Shown here one piece after another: positions 50,261-60,569 of a stretch of 64,000 bases of DNA. Numbering within the stretch: the stretch's first letter is position 1; the number at the start of each line of letters is the position of its first letter. The notes beneath the pieces are model-generated. The model worked only from the letters and a program-made list of their open reading frames with translations, was not told where the DNA came from and did no database searches. Origin of the DNA: an uncultured delta proteobacterium. GTDB taxonomy: Bacteria > Desulfobacterota > Binatia > Bin18. Both the position numbers and the translations under genes were made by a program. The stretch spans positions 22,589-86,588 of the forward strand of contig CAVTCR010000063.1 in the NCBI GenBank assembly GCA_963733195.1, in the 5' to 3' direction.

Positions 50261-51228
50261 TCAATATGCCTTCCTTGCGTTTGACGTTGGCGAATCATAC
50301 CGGCGAATACATCCTCGATCGACGGCAAGTCCACTGTGAAGTCGAGCATCGGATCAATCGCACGGAGGTCGTGACGCAATCGATCAAGAGTAGCGGAACT
50401 CGCGTCAGCGAGTAGGACGCGAACCGTCAGGTCTGTTTCCTCATTAGGAGTGTTTACTGTGTAACCTATTGACCGTAGGTGGGCCTCAGCACGCAAAAGC
50501 GTGGAACGGTCATCATGGTACAAAAGAACCGGATACCCGCCGGCGAAAGCAATCTTGAGCCCGAGAGGGGAGTCGAAACCAATAAGTTGCCCTTTATCAA
50601 TAAAGCCGACACGATACGCATACTCCATTTCGTCGAGATAATGGGTCGTGACAAAGAGCGTCTTGCCCTCAGCGGCTAACTCACGAATCAGGTCCCAAAA
50701 AAGTTGTCGATTCAGTACGTCAACGCCGGCTGTGGGCTCGTCCAAGAACACGATCTCTGGATCATGGAGGAGAGAACTCACAAGCGCGACACGTTGCTTA
50801 AGACCGGCGGGCATCTCACGGATCAACGAATGCTCGAGCCCAGATAACCCTAGACGTGGGAACAGCAGTGCTTGACGAGCCGCAACGTGTTCAGGGGTGA
50901 GGCCATAGAGGCCACCGAAGAAGAGCAAGTTTTCTCGTACGGTCAGATTGGCATAGAGAGAAACTTTCTGTGACATATAGCCAATGTGGGTGCGAATCTG
51001 TTCGGCGTGGGTACGGACATCGAGTCCAACAACACGGGCCGTGCCTTCAGTTGGGGCCAAGAGTCCACAGAGGATACGTATCGTTGTCGACTTCCCTGAG
51101 CCGTTCCCACCAAGAAAACCAAAAATCTCGCCCCGGGTGACGTGAAAACTGACGTGGTCAACCGCAGTGAAGGTACCAAAGCGACGAGTTAGGTTCTCAA
51201 CCTCAATGATGGCAGAGTCGTTTGGCAT
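50257..51228 (-). CDS. ABC transporter ATP-binding protein
   Basis: Walker A GGNGSGKST, signature MPAGLKQRV, Walker B IVFLDEPT. Likely start is the ATG at 51228, next to the upstream stop. Confidence 0.9.
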   Translation of the reverse strand: MPNDSAIIEVENLTRRFGTFTAVDHVSFHVTRGEIFGFLGGNGSGKSTTIRILCGLLAPTEGTARVVGLDVRTHAEQIRTHIGYMSQKVSLYANLTVRENLLFFGGLYGLTPEHVAARQALLFPRLGLSGLEHSLIREMPAGLKQRVALVSSLLHDPEIVFLDEPTAGVDVLNRQLFWDLIRELAAEGKTLFVTTHYLDEMEYAYRVGFIDKGQLIGFDSPLGLKIAFAGGYPVLLYHDDRSTLLRAEAHLRSIGYTVNTPNEETDLTVRVLLADASSATLDRLRHDLRAIDPMLDFTVDLPSIEDVFAGMIRQRQTQGRHIE

Positions 51229-51229
51229 G

Positions 51230-52204
51230 CTACTTCTGTATCGTAGAGGCGGAGTGGTATGAGGGTGATTTCTTTTCTCCCTGCTCAATGTGTGGTGTCT
51301 GCTCTGCTTGTTCGGTTAATTCCGCGAACACCATCTCCAGAGTCGGTAACACTGCTTCAATTCGTATTTCTTGTGAAGATAGATTCTGTAACGCAACATC
51401 TAGCTCTGTGCGGGGCAATGATGTCGTGACTAGGAGATTGCCCGCTATCGTATGCACTCGTCGCACCCACGAAGCGTGTCGTAGCTGAGTGATGGTGGCG
51501 GGTGCGAGATCGCCATGGAGGCGGTAGGCGTTCCAAGGGAAATTTGATTTGATCTCTGTTGGTGAACCGTGGACACGAATCTGTCCCTTGTACAGATAGA
51601 TCAACTCGTCACAGCGCTCAGCTTCGTCGAGATAGCCAGTTGACATTACGATCGTGACGGATTGGAGCTGGCGAAGGATCGTCCACATATCACTGCGTGC
51701 GATCACATCTACGCCGTTATTCGGTTCATCGAGTATTAATAATCGAGGTTGATGCAACAGGGCGCAGATGAGTGCAAGTTTTTGTTTCATCCCGCCTGAG
51801 AGTGATCCCACGGAAAACGTCGAAAATTGCTTGAGCTGCGCTAACGCCAGCAGTTCCGCCATGCGTTTGCGGAACACCGTGCGTGATAAGCCATGCACAT
51901 CAGCGAAAAACTCCAACGTCTGTTGTACGGTCAGGTCAGGATAAAGACTAAACGTCTGTGGTACGTAGCCAAGGGAGCGACGTAACTCCTGCGTTTGCGT
52001 TCTGATGTCGTAATCTAAAGCGATAGCGGTAGACGCCTCAAAGTCGAGCAACCCAACGAGAATACGTAGGAGCGTTGTCTTCCCGGCTCCGTCTGGGCCA
52101 ACAACGCCGAAGATATGCGGGTGTGTGATGGTGAGATCAATCCCATCGAGCGCAACGGTCGTGCCAAACCGCTTGCGGGCGTTACTGAGAGTGACAATCG
52201 CCAT
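51230..52204 (-). CDS. ABC transporter ATP-binding protein
   Basis: Walker A GPDGAGKTT, signature LSGGMKQKL, Walker B LLILDEPN. Confidence 0.9.
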   Translation of the reverse strand: MAIVTLSNARKRFGTTVALDGIDLTITHPHIFGVVGPDGAGKTTLLRILVGLLDFEASTAIALDYDIRTQTQELRRSLGYVPQTFSLYPDLTVQQTLEFFADVHGLSRTVFRKRMAELLALAQLKQFSTFSVGSLSGGMKQKLALICALLHQPRLLILDEPNNGVDVIARSDMWTILRQLQSVTIVMSTGYLDEAERCDELIYLYKGQIRVHGSPTEIKSNFPWNAYRLHGDLAPATITQLRHASWVRRVHTIAGNLLVTTSLPRTELDVALQNLSSQEIRIEAVLPTLEMVFAELTEQAEQTPHIEQGEKKSPSYHSASTIQK

Positions 52205-53267
52205 AGTCAAATACAGCACTTAGAACATCTACGGCTGTCGAACCATCTGTGGGCGGGCTACCGTTGAGATAGACGGTTCCCTCCATGCCTGGCTTTAAGC
52301 GTTCTGCCTGTGCGAGTAAGCGCACTTTGGTGGCGAAGACTTGTGTAATGCGGTCACTCTTCACCTCAATGTTCTTCGGAGTAAACTGCGCTGTGTCTTC
52401 GATAAAGCTGATTTCGCCAGGAATAAACTCTCCAGGCAAGGGATCGGGCTCGATGGAGACCTGCATCCCTAGATGGACTTTTCCGAGATCTAACACTGGG
52501 ACGTAAATCCGCACATACTTGTCGAGCGGATCAAGCAGTGTGGCAACTCCTGTCCCTGGGGTGACATACTCGCCAGTGCGGATCAGTCGAGTTTGCACCG
52601 TGCAATCGCACGGAGACCGTACGGTGTACTTGTCGAGAACAATCCGCATTTGATTGAGTCGTTCGGTTTCCACTGCGAGTTGGTGCCTCTGTACATTCAG
52701 TGCGTCTTCGGCGAGTTGAATTTGACGCAGATTTGCCTCGGCATTGGCCACCGCTTGCTGTTCGTGAGCCACAAATGCACGAGTAACATCGAGTTGATTT
52801 TTCGCTTGGTCGAATCGTTGCTGGCTCAACACCTCAGCTTGGAGTAATTCCTTACGGCGCGCTAATTCCTTTTGCGCGAAATCAGCGTCAGCACTTGCCT
52901 TGGTTAAGTTGGCTTTTGCCGCAGCGAGTTGCGTTGGGTAGGTATCGCGCGCCCAGGTCAGCTGCGTTTCTGCTTGTTGTATTTTCGCTTGAAGTAATCC
53001 AAGGTTGAGTTCTTGCTGAGCAACTTGCGAGCGGTAGTCGCGTGCATCAAGCTCGGCGAGTACGTCGTTCGTTTTTACTTGGCTCCCATCGGTGAAAGTC
53101 ACATTCTGTACACGTCCAGCGACTTCACTTTTGATGACCTTCTCTTCTCCTTCGACAAAGCCAGTAAAACTTAGGCGATCGATTTCTTGCATCTGCCGTG
53201 AGTGATACCAATAGATTCCTCCACCAATGAGCAGTACCAGGATCAGCAGCGGCAGACGTTTCCTCAT
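52182..53267 (-). CDS. HlyD-family periplasmic adaptor (YbhG-like)
   Basis: N-terminal anchor (LPLLILVLLIGGGIYWY), a coiled-coil hairpin and lipoyl/beta-barrel segments. It is the first gene of the exporter operon. Confidence 0.85.
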   Translation of the reverse strand: MRKRLPLLILVLLIGGGIYWYHSRQMQEIDRLSFTGFVEGEEKVIKSEVAGRVQNVTFTDGSQVKTNDVLAELDARDYRSQVAQQELNLGLLQAKIQQAETQLTWARDTYPTQLAAAKANLTKASADADFAQKELARRKELLQAEVLSQQRFDQAKNQLDVTRAFVAHEQQAVANAEANLRQIQLAEDALNVQRHQLAVETERLNQMRIVLDKYTVRSPCDCTVQTRLIRTGEYVTPGTGVATLLDPLDKYVRIYVPVLDLGKVHLGMQVSIEPDPLPGEFIPGEISFIEDTAQFTPKNIEVKSDRITQVFATKVRLLAQAERLKPGMEGTVYLNGSPPTDGSTAVDVLSAVFDYGDCHSQ

Positions 53268-53413
53268 GCGAAATATTTTCCTTTGCTCGGGAATAAATTC
53301 CTATCAGGATTTTCCTGACAGCCTATCGGAGTAGAGAAAAACCTCCTACGAAAGAATTGCAAGAAACGACCTCTGCGCATAAATGACACCATCTTTATGT
53401 CAGGAGGTGATGT

Positions 53414-54394
53414 ATGACGCAACGGCAGATCGCGCGTATTCTTCGCGGAGGGCTGAGTGCTCTTCTCGTTGCCATCGGCGCTCTAGCGAACGCTGATATC
53501 ACTCAGAACTGGGAGAGCCCAGCTAACAATCAGGAAATCTCCGGTATTCAGCAGTTTCGTGGATTCGCTTTTTCGACCACAAGCTCGCAACCATTATCAG
53601 TAAAACTACTTGTTACCTCCCCGCTCACTACGACGATTGAAGTACCATGGGGATCGGCGCGTGGTGACGTTGGCGCAAGCCCGCCACAGTTGAACAGCGG
53701 CTTTGGTGTGACCGTCAACGCTGGTTTGTTGCCCGCGGGGTCAACTGCGACGATCACGTTAGAAGTGCGGGAGAGTGGCAGCTCAGGAGCATGTGCTGCG
53801 CCGACCTGTGTGAGTGAAACCCGCACGTTCTTTGTTGCGAAGCCGGGAGGGAGGGCTGGGGAGGCAAACACCGCATTTTCCTTCTTAAATGATCTTGATG
53901 TGGCTGGCGCGAATGTTGTGCTCGACGGCGACGAAATCATCGTTGCCCCTGTGAATGCGGTCGATAGTGGAGGTGGAGGAACACGACCATCCACCGTTCG
54001 TCTGCGATGGCTGCAGAATTCGCAGTCATTTGGGACTGTTGATGCGGCTTCGGGGACTAGCTTTGCCAGCGTGCAACCGATTTTCGCGAAGTATGGCTGC
54101 GCCACGGCGGGTACCTGTCATGGCGGAAGTAACCCTCAAGCAGGGCTTAATCTGGAAGCTGGGCAATCATTCAAAAGCCTGATTAACAAAAGCACCGAAG
54201 ACGGAACCCGTCTCCGCGTTAATCCTGGCGATTCCAATGAAAGTTATATGTTTCAAAAAATTATTGCTGGTGGAAATATTGCCCCCAACACCGCGCGTAT
54301 GCCACTTGGATGTAGTGGGAATAACTGTCTTACGGATGCCGAGATCGCCACAATCCAAAGCTGGATCGATGAAGGCGCACCGCCGCCACAGTAG
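53414..54394 (+). CDS. Secreted protein with a C-terminal planctomycete-cytochrome-c-like (PSCyt1-like) module lacking CxxCH
   Basis: Signal peptide (LSALLVAIGALANA). The C-terminus is VQPIFAKYGCATAGTCHGGSNPQAGLNLE...MPLGCSGNCLTDAEIATIQSWIDEGAP. Confidence 0.6.
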   Translation: MTQRQIARILRGGLSALLVAIGALANADITQNWESPANNQEISGIQQFRGFAFSTTSSQPLSVKLLVTSPLTTTIEVPWGSARGDVGASPPQLNSGFGVTVNAGLLPAGSTATITLEVRESGSSGACAAPTCVSETRTFFVAKPGGRAGEANTAFSFLNDLDVAGANVVLDGDEIIVAPVNAVDSGGGGTRPSTVRLRWLQNSQSFGTVDAASGTSFASVQPIFAKYGCATAGTCHGGSNPQAGLNLEAGQSFKSLINKSTEDGTRLRVNPGDSNESYMFQKIIAGGNIAPNTARMPLGCSGNNCLTDAEIATIQSWIDEGAPPPQ

Positions 54395-54438
54395 ATCCTC
54401 CCTTCCATAGGAGTCAGTGACGTTGATTATGGGAGGTG

Positions 54439-54569
54439 GTCATTGCGAGTGCCCAAGCGCGGGGCCAAGCATGGGGCAGGCAGGATGCGACGAGATTCCG
54501 GGTCTCGCGGTGCTCGCCCGGAATGACGGGCATGTCGTCTGCGTCATTCCAGCGCAAGCTGGAATCCAG
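54439..54569. mobile_element. Cluster of three small palindromic (MITE/REP-like) units
   Basis: gtcattgcgag..., GATTCCGGGTCTCGCGGTGCTCGCCCGGAATGAC (54494..54527), and GTCATTCCAGCGCAAGCTGGAATCCAG (54543..54569). Confidence 0.5.
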
Positions 54570-54744
54570 GGGGCAGTGGGCGGAGCATTTTGTTTCTGAG
54601 AGGCAAGGCGGAGCAATTTACTTTGCCACCAAATACCTATTTGCCCTATTCAATTACCATTGCACCCCGCATCAAGCGTTGGGGATAGTTGGCAAGATTT
54701 TGGTGATTGCGCCTCCGCAACAATAGAGATTCCTATTCGTGAGT

Positions 54745-54780
54745 GTCAGGGGCAAGGCAATCTCGCCCCTGACCTTTTTG
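54745..54780 (+). terminator. Hairpin plus T-run (terminator-like)
   Basis: GTCAGGGGC, an 11-nt loop, GCCCCTGAC, followed by CTTTTTG. It lies 350 nt after the upstream stop and 130 nt before yebC. Confidence 0.45.
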
Positions 54781-54906
54781 TAAAACCTCAATTCTCACGC
54801 TATTTTATCGTCCTGCTGCCCTTGCCCTGTTCCTCCTTTCCTCGTTTACTCTACCAAAACGATGTGGTAACACTGACGAGACTTCTCTTGCCGGGAGGAC
54901 ATAGCT

Positions 54907-55659
54907 ATGTCCGGCCATTCTAAATGGAGCACGATTAAACATAAGAAAGCACTGAAAGATGCGCGCCGTGGGAAATTATTTACCAAACTCATAAAAGACC
55001 TGACTATTGCTGCCCGCATAGGCGGAAGTGACCTGAGTTCCAACCCGCGCCTTCGAACCGCCCTTGCTGCGGCGAAGGCGGCCAGTATGCCCAATGACAC
55101 CATTGATCGCGCAATCAAGAAAGGTGCAGGGGAACTCGAAGGCGTCACTTACGAGGAAATCACCTACGAAGGACATGGGCCGGGTGGTGTGGCCATTATG
55201 GTGCAGACGCTAACGGATAATAAAACTCGTACCGTTTCTGAGGTGCGCCATATGTTTTCTAAGTATGGTGGCAATCTTGGCTCGCCCAATTCGGTCGCAT
55301 GGATGTTCACCAAAAAAGGGGTCATTACAATTGAGAAAGGCCAAGCCGAAGAAGACCAACTGATGGAGTTGGCGCTCGAGGCTGGCGCTGAAGACGTCAA
55401 TGGTGGAGACGATGGATTTGAAGTCTCAACCGCACCCGAAGATTTCGATGCGGTACGCGAGGCCTTGGAAAAAGCTGGAATTACGATGGTCTCAGCAGAA
55501 GTAACAATGATCCCGCAGAATACCGTCAATCTTGCAGGGAAAGAAGCAGAACATACTCTGAAGCTCCTCGAAGTGTTAGAAGAAAACGACGACGTGCAGA
55601 GTGTGTCAGCCAATTTTGAAATCGCTCAGGAAGAAGCTGAGCGACTCAGTGCTGCTTAA
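54907..55659 (+). CDS. yebC: YebC/PmpR family DNA-binding regulator
   Basis: [28 protein letters not shown]... is the canonical family N-terminus. Confidence 0.9.
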   Translation: MSGHSKWSTIKHKKALKDARRGKLFTKLIKDLTIAARIGGSDLSSNPRLRTALAAAKAASMPNDTIDRAIKKGAGELEGVTYEEITYEGHGPGGVAIMVQTLTDNKTRTVSEVRHMFSKYGGNLGSPNSVAWMFTKKGVITIEKGQAEEDQLMELALEAGAEDVNGGDDGFEVSTAPEDFDAVREALEKAGITMVSAEVTMIPQNTVNLAGKEAEHTLKLLEVLEENDDVQSVSANFEIAQEEAERLSAA

Positions 55660-55674
55660 GAGAAGACTGTCATT

Positions 55675-56331
55675 GTGGTTGTGCAACGCACCGAAACTTC
55701 CTTGCGGGTGCTTGGGGTTGATCCAGGTACCCTTCGTGCTGGCTGGGGAGTGGTCGAACGGAGAGGGCAGAAGTTGGAGTTCCGTGCGGCAGGAACAATT
55801 ATCCCGAAAGGGTTTCACTCACTACACGAGCGACTGCGCGTGATTCACACTGGTGTAGTCGAGGTGATTGCTCGTTGGAGACCACATGTTCTCAGTCTTG
55901 AAAAAGCCTTTATGGCGTACAACGTGCAGAGTGCATTTCGCCTAGGTGAGGCGCGTGGCGTGGTACTGCTTGCCGCCTCTCAAGCTGGACTGCGGATCAC
56001 GGAGTACAACCCCACCGAGATCAAAACGGCAGTCGCGGGTTATGGGCGAGCAGGCAAACAACAAGTGCAGGAGGCCGTGCTGGCATTGCTCGGGAACGGG
56101 AAGAACACGGAAATGCGAGATTTCCCAACCAGCCGAGATGCTACTGATGCACTTGCTGCCGCCATTTGTCACTTCAATTCTTCACGCTTAGCGGAACGGA
56201 TCCAAGAGGCGAGTGCGAGAGATTTGCGAACAGGAATGGCAGATAATGCACGAGTGCAGCTCTTACGTAGCGCATTTCTGAAACGGTCGTTGCCACGATC
56301 GTTGTCTATAATACGTAAAGCTGGCCGTTAA
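55675..56331 (+). CDS. ruvC: Holliday junction resolvase RuvC
   Basis: VLGVDPGTLRAGWGVV, EKAFMAYNVQSAFRLGEARG, DATDALAAAICH. Confidence 0.9.
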   Translation: MVVQRTETSLRVLGVDPGTLRAGWGVVERRGQKLEFRAAGTIIPKGFHSLHERLRVIHTGVVEVIARWRPHVLSLEKAFMAYNVQSAFRLGEARGVVLLAASQAGLRITEYNPTEIKTAVAGYGRAGKQQVQEAVLALLGNGKNTEMRDFPTSRDATDALAAAICHFNSSRLAERIQEASARDLRTGMADNARVQLLRSAFLKRSLPRSLSIIRKAGR

Positions 56332-56348
56332 CGAGTGAGGCTACTGAC

Positions 56349-56933
56349 ATGATTGCTCGCCTCACTGGTGCGCTCGAAGAAAAAACTCCCGATCAACTGA
56401 TCGTTAACGTCAATGGTGTTGGGTATCAGGTGTTCGTGTCGTTACAAACCTTCTATCGTCTTCCTGCGTTGCATGAGTCTGTCAGTTTGCAGATCCATAC
56501 GCATCTTCGTGAAGATGCCTTGCTCCTCTATGGATTTCTGGAAGAGAAGGAAAAGGCGAGTTTTCTGCTGCTCAAAGGCGTGACTGGTATTGGTCCGCGT
56601 CTCGCATTGAATATCCTTTCCGGAATTCCGGTTGATGAACTCGAAAGCGCGTTACGCACAAGTGATGTCACCCGTCTGGTAGCGGTTCCCGGTGTCGGGA
56701 AGAAAACAGCCGAGCGACTCGTTGTAGAGCTGCGAGAGAAAGTCGGAGCCTTCGACAACGGACAGGGCGTTTCTGGCGGCCAGGTTCCTGTGTCTGCAGA
56801 GGCGACTTCGGCATTGGTCAATCTTGGCTATCGTCACGCCGAAGCGGAGAAAGCTGTGCGGGCTGCACTCCAGCGCGGTGCGACCTCGATAGCTGACCTC
56901 ATTCGTGAGTCACTGCGGAGCTTACGGGCATGA
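56349..56933 (+). CDS. ruvA: Holliday junction branch migration protein RuvA
   Basis: MIARLTGAL...[11 protein letters not shown]...[14 protein letters not shown]. Confidence 0.9.
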   Translation: MIARLTGALEEKTPDQLIVNVNGVGYQVFVSLQTFYRLPALHESVSLQIHTHLREDALLLYGFLEEKEKASFLLLKGVTGIGPRLALNILSGIPVDELESALRTSDVTRLVAVPGVGKKTAERLVVELREKVGAFDNGQGVSGGQVPVSAEATSALVNLGYRHAEAEKAVRAALQRGATSIADLIRESLRSLRA

Positions 56934-58003
56934 AAGCAAAGAAAAAGCCGATATTCGACCAGCCTGAAGACTTTCTCCCTGCTGCGGCAGTGGAACCAGA
57001 GACAGGTGGGGATAGGCCCGATGATCACGTTGAGGGCTCACTCCGCCCACGGTCGCTGGCTGATTACATTGGCCAGGAAGGCGTCAAACAAAATTTGCGT
57101 ATCGCTATTGATGCCGCCAAGCAGCGCGGTGATGTCCTTGATCACACTTTGTTTTGCGGTCCACCAGGACTCGGCAAGACATCAATGGCCCACATCATCG
57201 CACGCGAGATGGAGGTCAACATCCACGCGACTACTGGCCCAGTGATTGAGCGGCCTGGTGATATCGCGGCGATTCTCACGAACCTCGACACAGGAGATGT
57301 CCTCTTTATCGACGAGATCCATCGCCTCAACCGAGTTGTTGAAGAACTTCTCTATCCAGCGATGGAAGACTTTCAGCTTGATCTTGTGGTAGGGCAGGGG
57401 CCGTCGGCACGGACAGTGAAACTTGATCTGAAACGCTTTACTTTAGTTGGGGCAACGACCAGGGCTGGGTTACTCACCTCACCACTTCGCGATCGATTTG
57501 GTTCGACGTTTCGCCTTGATTTCTATCAAGTGGCGGATTTGGAGAAGATCATTCGCCGCTCGGCTGCGATTCTTGATTTGGCGATTGATGCGAGTGGTAC
57601 TGCAGAAATTGCGCGCCGTTCTCGTGGGACGCCTCGGATTGCGAATCGTTTATTACGTCGAGTACGGGATTTTGCGCAGGTGAAAAATCACAAGGTAGTT
57701 CATCGGGACGTTGCGCATGAAGCGTTGGCTTTACTCGAAGTCGATGAGGTTGGTTTTGACAAAATGGACCGCGCCATTCTTCTCACGATCATCGAAAAGT
57801 TTAATGGTGGACCGGTGGGAGTAGAGACAATCGCTGCGGCCATTGGAGAAGAGAAGAGCACTGTAGAAGATGTCTATGAACCCTACCTTATTCAAGAAGG
57901 CTACTTGCAACGGACGCCGCGTGGGCGACTGGCCACGTTGCAAGCGTACCGTCATTTCGGTATGACGCGGCCTGATGGTGGTTCTCAAGGACAACTCTTC
58001 TAA
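56930..58003 (+). CDS. ruvB: Holliday junction DNA helicase RuvB
   Basis: [46 protein letters not shown]. Confidence 0.95.
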   Translation: MKAKKKPIFDQPEDFLPAAAVEPETGGDRPDDHVEGSLRPRSLADYIGQEGVKQNLRIAIDAAKQRGDVLDHTLFCGPPGLGKTSMAHIIAREMEVNIHATTGPVIERPGDIAAILTNLDTGDVLFIDEIHRLNRVVEELLYPAMEDFQLDLVVGQGPSARTVKLDLKRFTLVGATTRAGLLTSPLRDRFGSTFRLDFYQVADLEKIIRRSAAILDLAIDASGTAEIARRSRGTPRIANRLLRRVRDFAQVKNHKVVHRDVAHEALALLEVDEVGFDKMDRAILLTIIEKFNGGPVGVETIAAAIGEEKSTVEDVYEPYLIQEGYLQRTPRGRLATLQAYRHFGMTRPDGGSQGQLF

Positions 58004-58013
58004 GGAGTCCTGT

Positions 58014-58226
58014 ATGGCAGAACTGGGTAAATTTTTGATCATTGCTGGTGGGCTGTTGGTGGGTGTTGGTGTATTGTTCCTGCTCGGAGGTAAGTTGCCC
58101 TGGCTTGGGCGGTTGCCGGGCGACATCGTCGTTCAGCGGGAAAATTTTTCCTTCTACTTCCCTTTAGCCACGAGTATTCTCGTGAGCGTGGTCCTGTCGC
58201 TGCTCTTTGCCCTCCTACGTCGTTAG
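58014..58226 (+). CDS. DUF2905 family small membrane protein
   Basis: LPWLGRLPGDIVVQRENFSFYFPLATSILVSVVLSLL. AAGGAG RBS precedes the ATG at 58014. Confidence 0.7.
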   Translation: MAELGKFLIIAGGLLVGVGVLFLLGGKLPWLGRLPGDIVVQRENFSFYFPLATSILVSVVLSLLFALLRR

Positions 58227-58238
58227 AGAGAGACCTGG

Positions 58239-60569
58239 GTGGATAAACAATACCACGACGTGCCGGACGAACACGGACGGCGTCTGTACTGGGAAGCGGC
58301 GATCATCCTCGCGACAGCACTGGCGGTTGTGCTCCTTGCCTTTTCATTGACGCGCCTTCCGCAACTGAGTGATACGCACAATTTGGCGGGAAATGCGGTT
58401 TTCGTCCTCTTAATCAACCTCAATATTGTCCTTCTCATTCTCCTTGTTTTCCTGGTTGCCCGTAATCTCATCAAATTGTTTTATGACCGTCGCCGAAAGT
58501 TGCTAGGTGCACACCTGCGATTTCGCCTGGTCTCTGCGTTTGTCGCTATTGCCCTCTTTCCGGCTATCTTGCTTTTTCTTGTCGGTACGGCCGTGATGTC
58601 TCGTTCGCTAGAAAGTGTGTTTACGAACCAGGTCGAGAAGGCTCTCGAAGGATCGCTTGCGGTTGTTAGCACTTTTTATGATTTATTAGAAGGCGAAGCG
58701 GTCTCGCAGGCACAGACACTCGCAACGGAGATTGCACAGAACGAGTTGCTTACTCCAGAACGTCGGCAAGCACTGCAGGATTTAGTCGAGACACGCCGAT
58801 CGATGCTGCACCTCGGGCGCGTTATGGTGCTGTCGCCCGAGCGGACTGTGCTGGCGAACGCTACTATCGCGGAGCTGCAGACCCGAGAACGAAGCGGTCT
58901 TGAAGCCAGAACGTTAGATCGCGTATTCCGCCGCGAAAGCCTCCGTGAGGTCCGCTCTGCAGAGAATGGGCAGACAGAGGTGGTGTTAGGAGGAGTTCCG
59001 GTTATTGTCCAGAATGACGTTCTCGGTGCAGTCATCGTCGAGTACTTTGTGCCACGGAGTATTGCCCAGCAAAGTTCACAGGTAGTGAACGCTTTTCGCG
59101 AATATTTGCATCTCCGGATCCTCAAACATCCGATGAAGACAAACTACATTGTCACTATGTCGCTGGTGACACTTGTGGCGGTGTTCTCTGCGGTATGGTT
59201 AGGGTTATTCTTAGCAAAAAAAATGACCGTGCCCTTACAGCGCCTGGCTGCGGGGACGCGCGAGGTCGCACAGGGACATTGGACGTATCGTATTGAAGGT
59301 GAGGACGAAGATGAGATCGGTACGCTTGTAGCGGCCTTCAACCGGATGACGGGAGAACTCCAACTCAGTCACCAAGAGCTTGAAGCACGGCGACGATACA
59401 TGGAGACCGTGTTGGCAAATATTACTGCAGGGGTGGTTACATTGGATCGCCATGGGGTAGTGACCACGATGAATCCTGCGGCTGAACGTCTCCTCGGTAT
59501 CATGGCTACTGAAGCAATTGGGCAAGAGTATCACGAGGTCTTTCCGCTTCCCGACTTTGACGAAGTCCGGCGCATGGTGGGTGAGTTACTGTCGGTCTCG
59601 GTCAACGGCACGAGTGACAAAGTGAGTGCGAGCCTGGGACAGATGAAGCTCAGACGAGAAGGGCACGTCATGTCATTGGTGATGACTGGAGCGTTACTAA
59701 CGGATGAACAGCACGACGTTCTTGGTACAGTGTGTTTCTTTGAAGACGTGACCCAGATTGTTCGTGTCGAACGGATGGAGGCATGGCGCGAGGTGGCACG
59801 ACGTATTGCGCATGAAATCAAAAATCCGTTGACGCCTATTCAACTTGCTGCCCAGCGATTGCATCGACGATTCGCACCCCAGATCACGACGAACGCTGAA
59901 GTTTTCAATGAGTGCGTAAGCAGTATCGCGCATGAAGTCGATGCTATTAAGAAACTCGTCAATGAATTTTCTACTTTTGCGCGATTGCCTACTGCCGAGT
60001 ATGCGCCTGAGAATCTCAATGTTCTCATCCAAGAAGTGATCCCGGTCTTTACTGAGGCCCACCGAGATATTGCCTTTGTCTTCTCCCCTGGCAAAGACCT
60101 TCCTATGCTCGAGGTTGACCGCGAAGGGATGAAACGCATCGTACGTAACCTCCTAGATAACGCTGTTGCCGCGTGTCATGCCGTGCAGAATGGCCAACAA
60201 CACCGAATCTCGATCAGCACGCGATTGCTCTGGTCTATCGGGATCATACAGTTAGAAGTTGCCGATTCCGGGTGTGGTATACCGCCAGAGGTGAAAGATC
60301 GTTTATTTGAACCATATTTCTCGACCAAGAAAGAAGGAACGGGCTTAGGACTCGCGATTGTGGCAACGATTGTCGCTGACCATCAAGCCTTCATTCGTGT
60401 CCGCGACAATCATCCTAAAGGGAGCCGGTTCATTATTGAACTCCCAGCTCGTCGGAAAGCCCAACGGACCCAGATCGCCAACGTGTCGTCGAGGTCGGTG
60501 TTGAATGGGACCAAAGGAAAAGGGGAAGAAGGAGAATGGTATGGAAGAGACCATTTTGGTGGTGGATGA
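58239..60569 (+). CDS. NtrY-like sensor histidine kinase (TM - HAMP - PAS - HisKA - HATPase)
   Basis: N-terminal TM helices, a HAMP-like segment, H-box RRIAHEIKNPLTPIQL, N box RNLLDNA, and G boxes DSGCGIP and GTGLGLAIV. Confidence 0.85.
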   Translation: MDKQYHDVPDEHGRRLYWEAAIILATALAVVLLAFSLTRLPQLSDTHNLAGNAVFVLLINLNIVLLILLVFLVARNLIKLFYDRRRKLLGAHLRFRLVSAFVAIALFPAILLFLVGTAVMSRSLESVFTNQVEKALEGSLAVVSTFYDLLEGEAVSQAQTLATEIAQNELLTPERRQALQDLVETRRSMLHLGRVMVLSPERTVLANATIAELQTRERSGLEARTLDRVFRRESLREVRSAENGQTEVVLGGVPVIVQNDVLGAVIVEYFVPRSIAQQSSQVVNAFREYLHLRILKHPMKTNYIVTMSLVTLVAVFSAVWLGLFLAKKMTVPLQRLAAGTREVAQGHWTYRIEGEDEDEIGTLVAAFNRMTGELQLSHQELEARRRYMETVLANITAGVVTLDRHGVVTTMNPAAERLLGIMATEAIGQEYHEVFPLPDFDEVRRMVGELLSVSVNGTSDKVSASLGQMKLRREGHVMSLVMTGALLTDEQHDVLGTVCFFEDVTQIVRVERMEAWREVARRIAHEIKNPLTPIQLAAQRLHRRFAPQITTNAEVFNECVSSIAHEVDAIKKLVNEFSTFARLPTAEYAPENLNVLIQEVIPVFTEAHRDIAFVFSPGKDLPMLEVDREGMKRIVRNLLDNAVAACHAVQNGQQHRISISTRLLWSIGIIQLEVADSGCGIPPEVKDRLFEPYFSTKKEGTGLGLAIVATIVADHQAFIRVRDNHPKGSRFIIELPARRKAQRTQIANVSSRSVLNGTKGKGEEGEWYGRDHFGGG

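Noticed and set aside
60505-60569. Whether the kinase/REC-LpxC overlap indicates a frameshifted single gene
   Set aside because: The kinase is complete through its G2 box, and a Met (60541) precedes the receiver domain. The short overlap is ordinary operon coupling.
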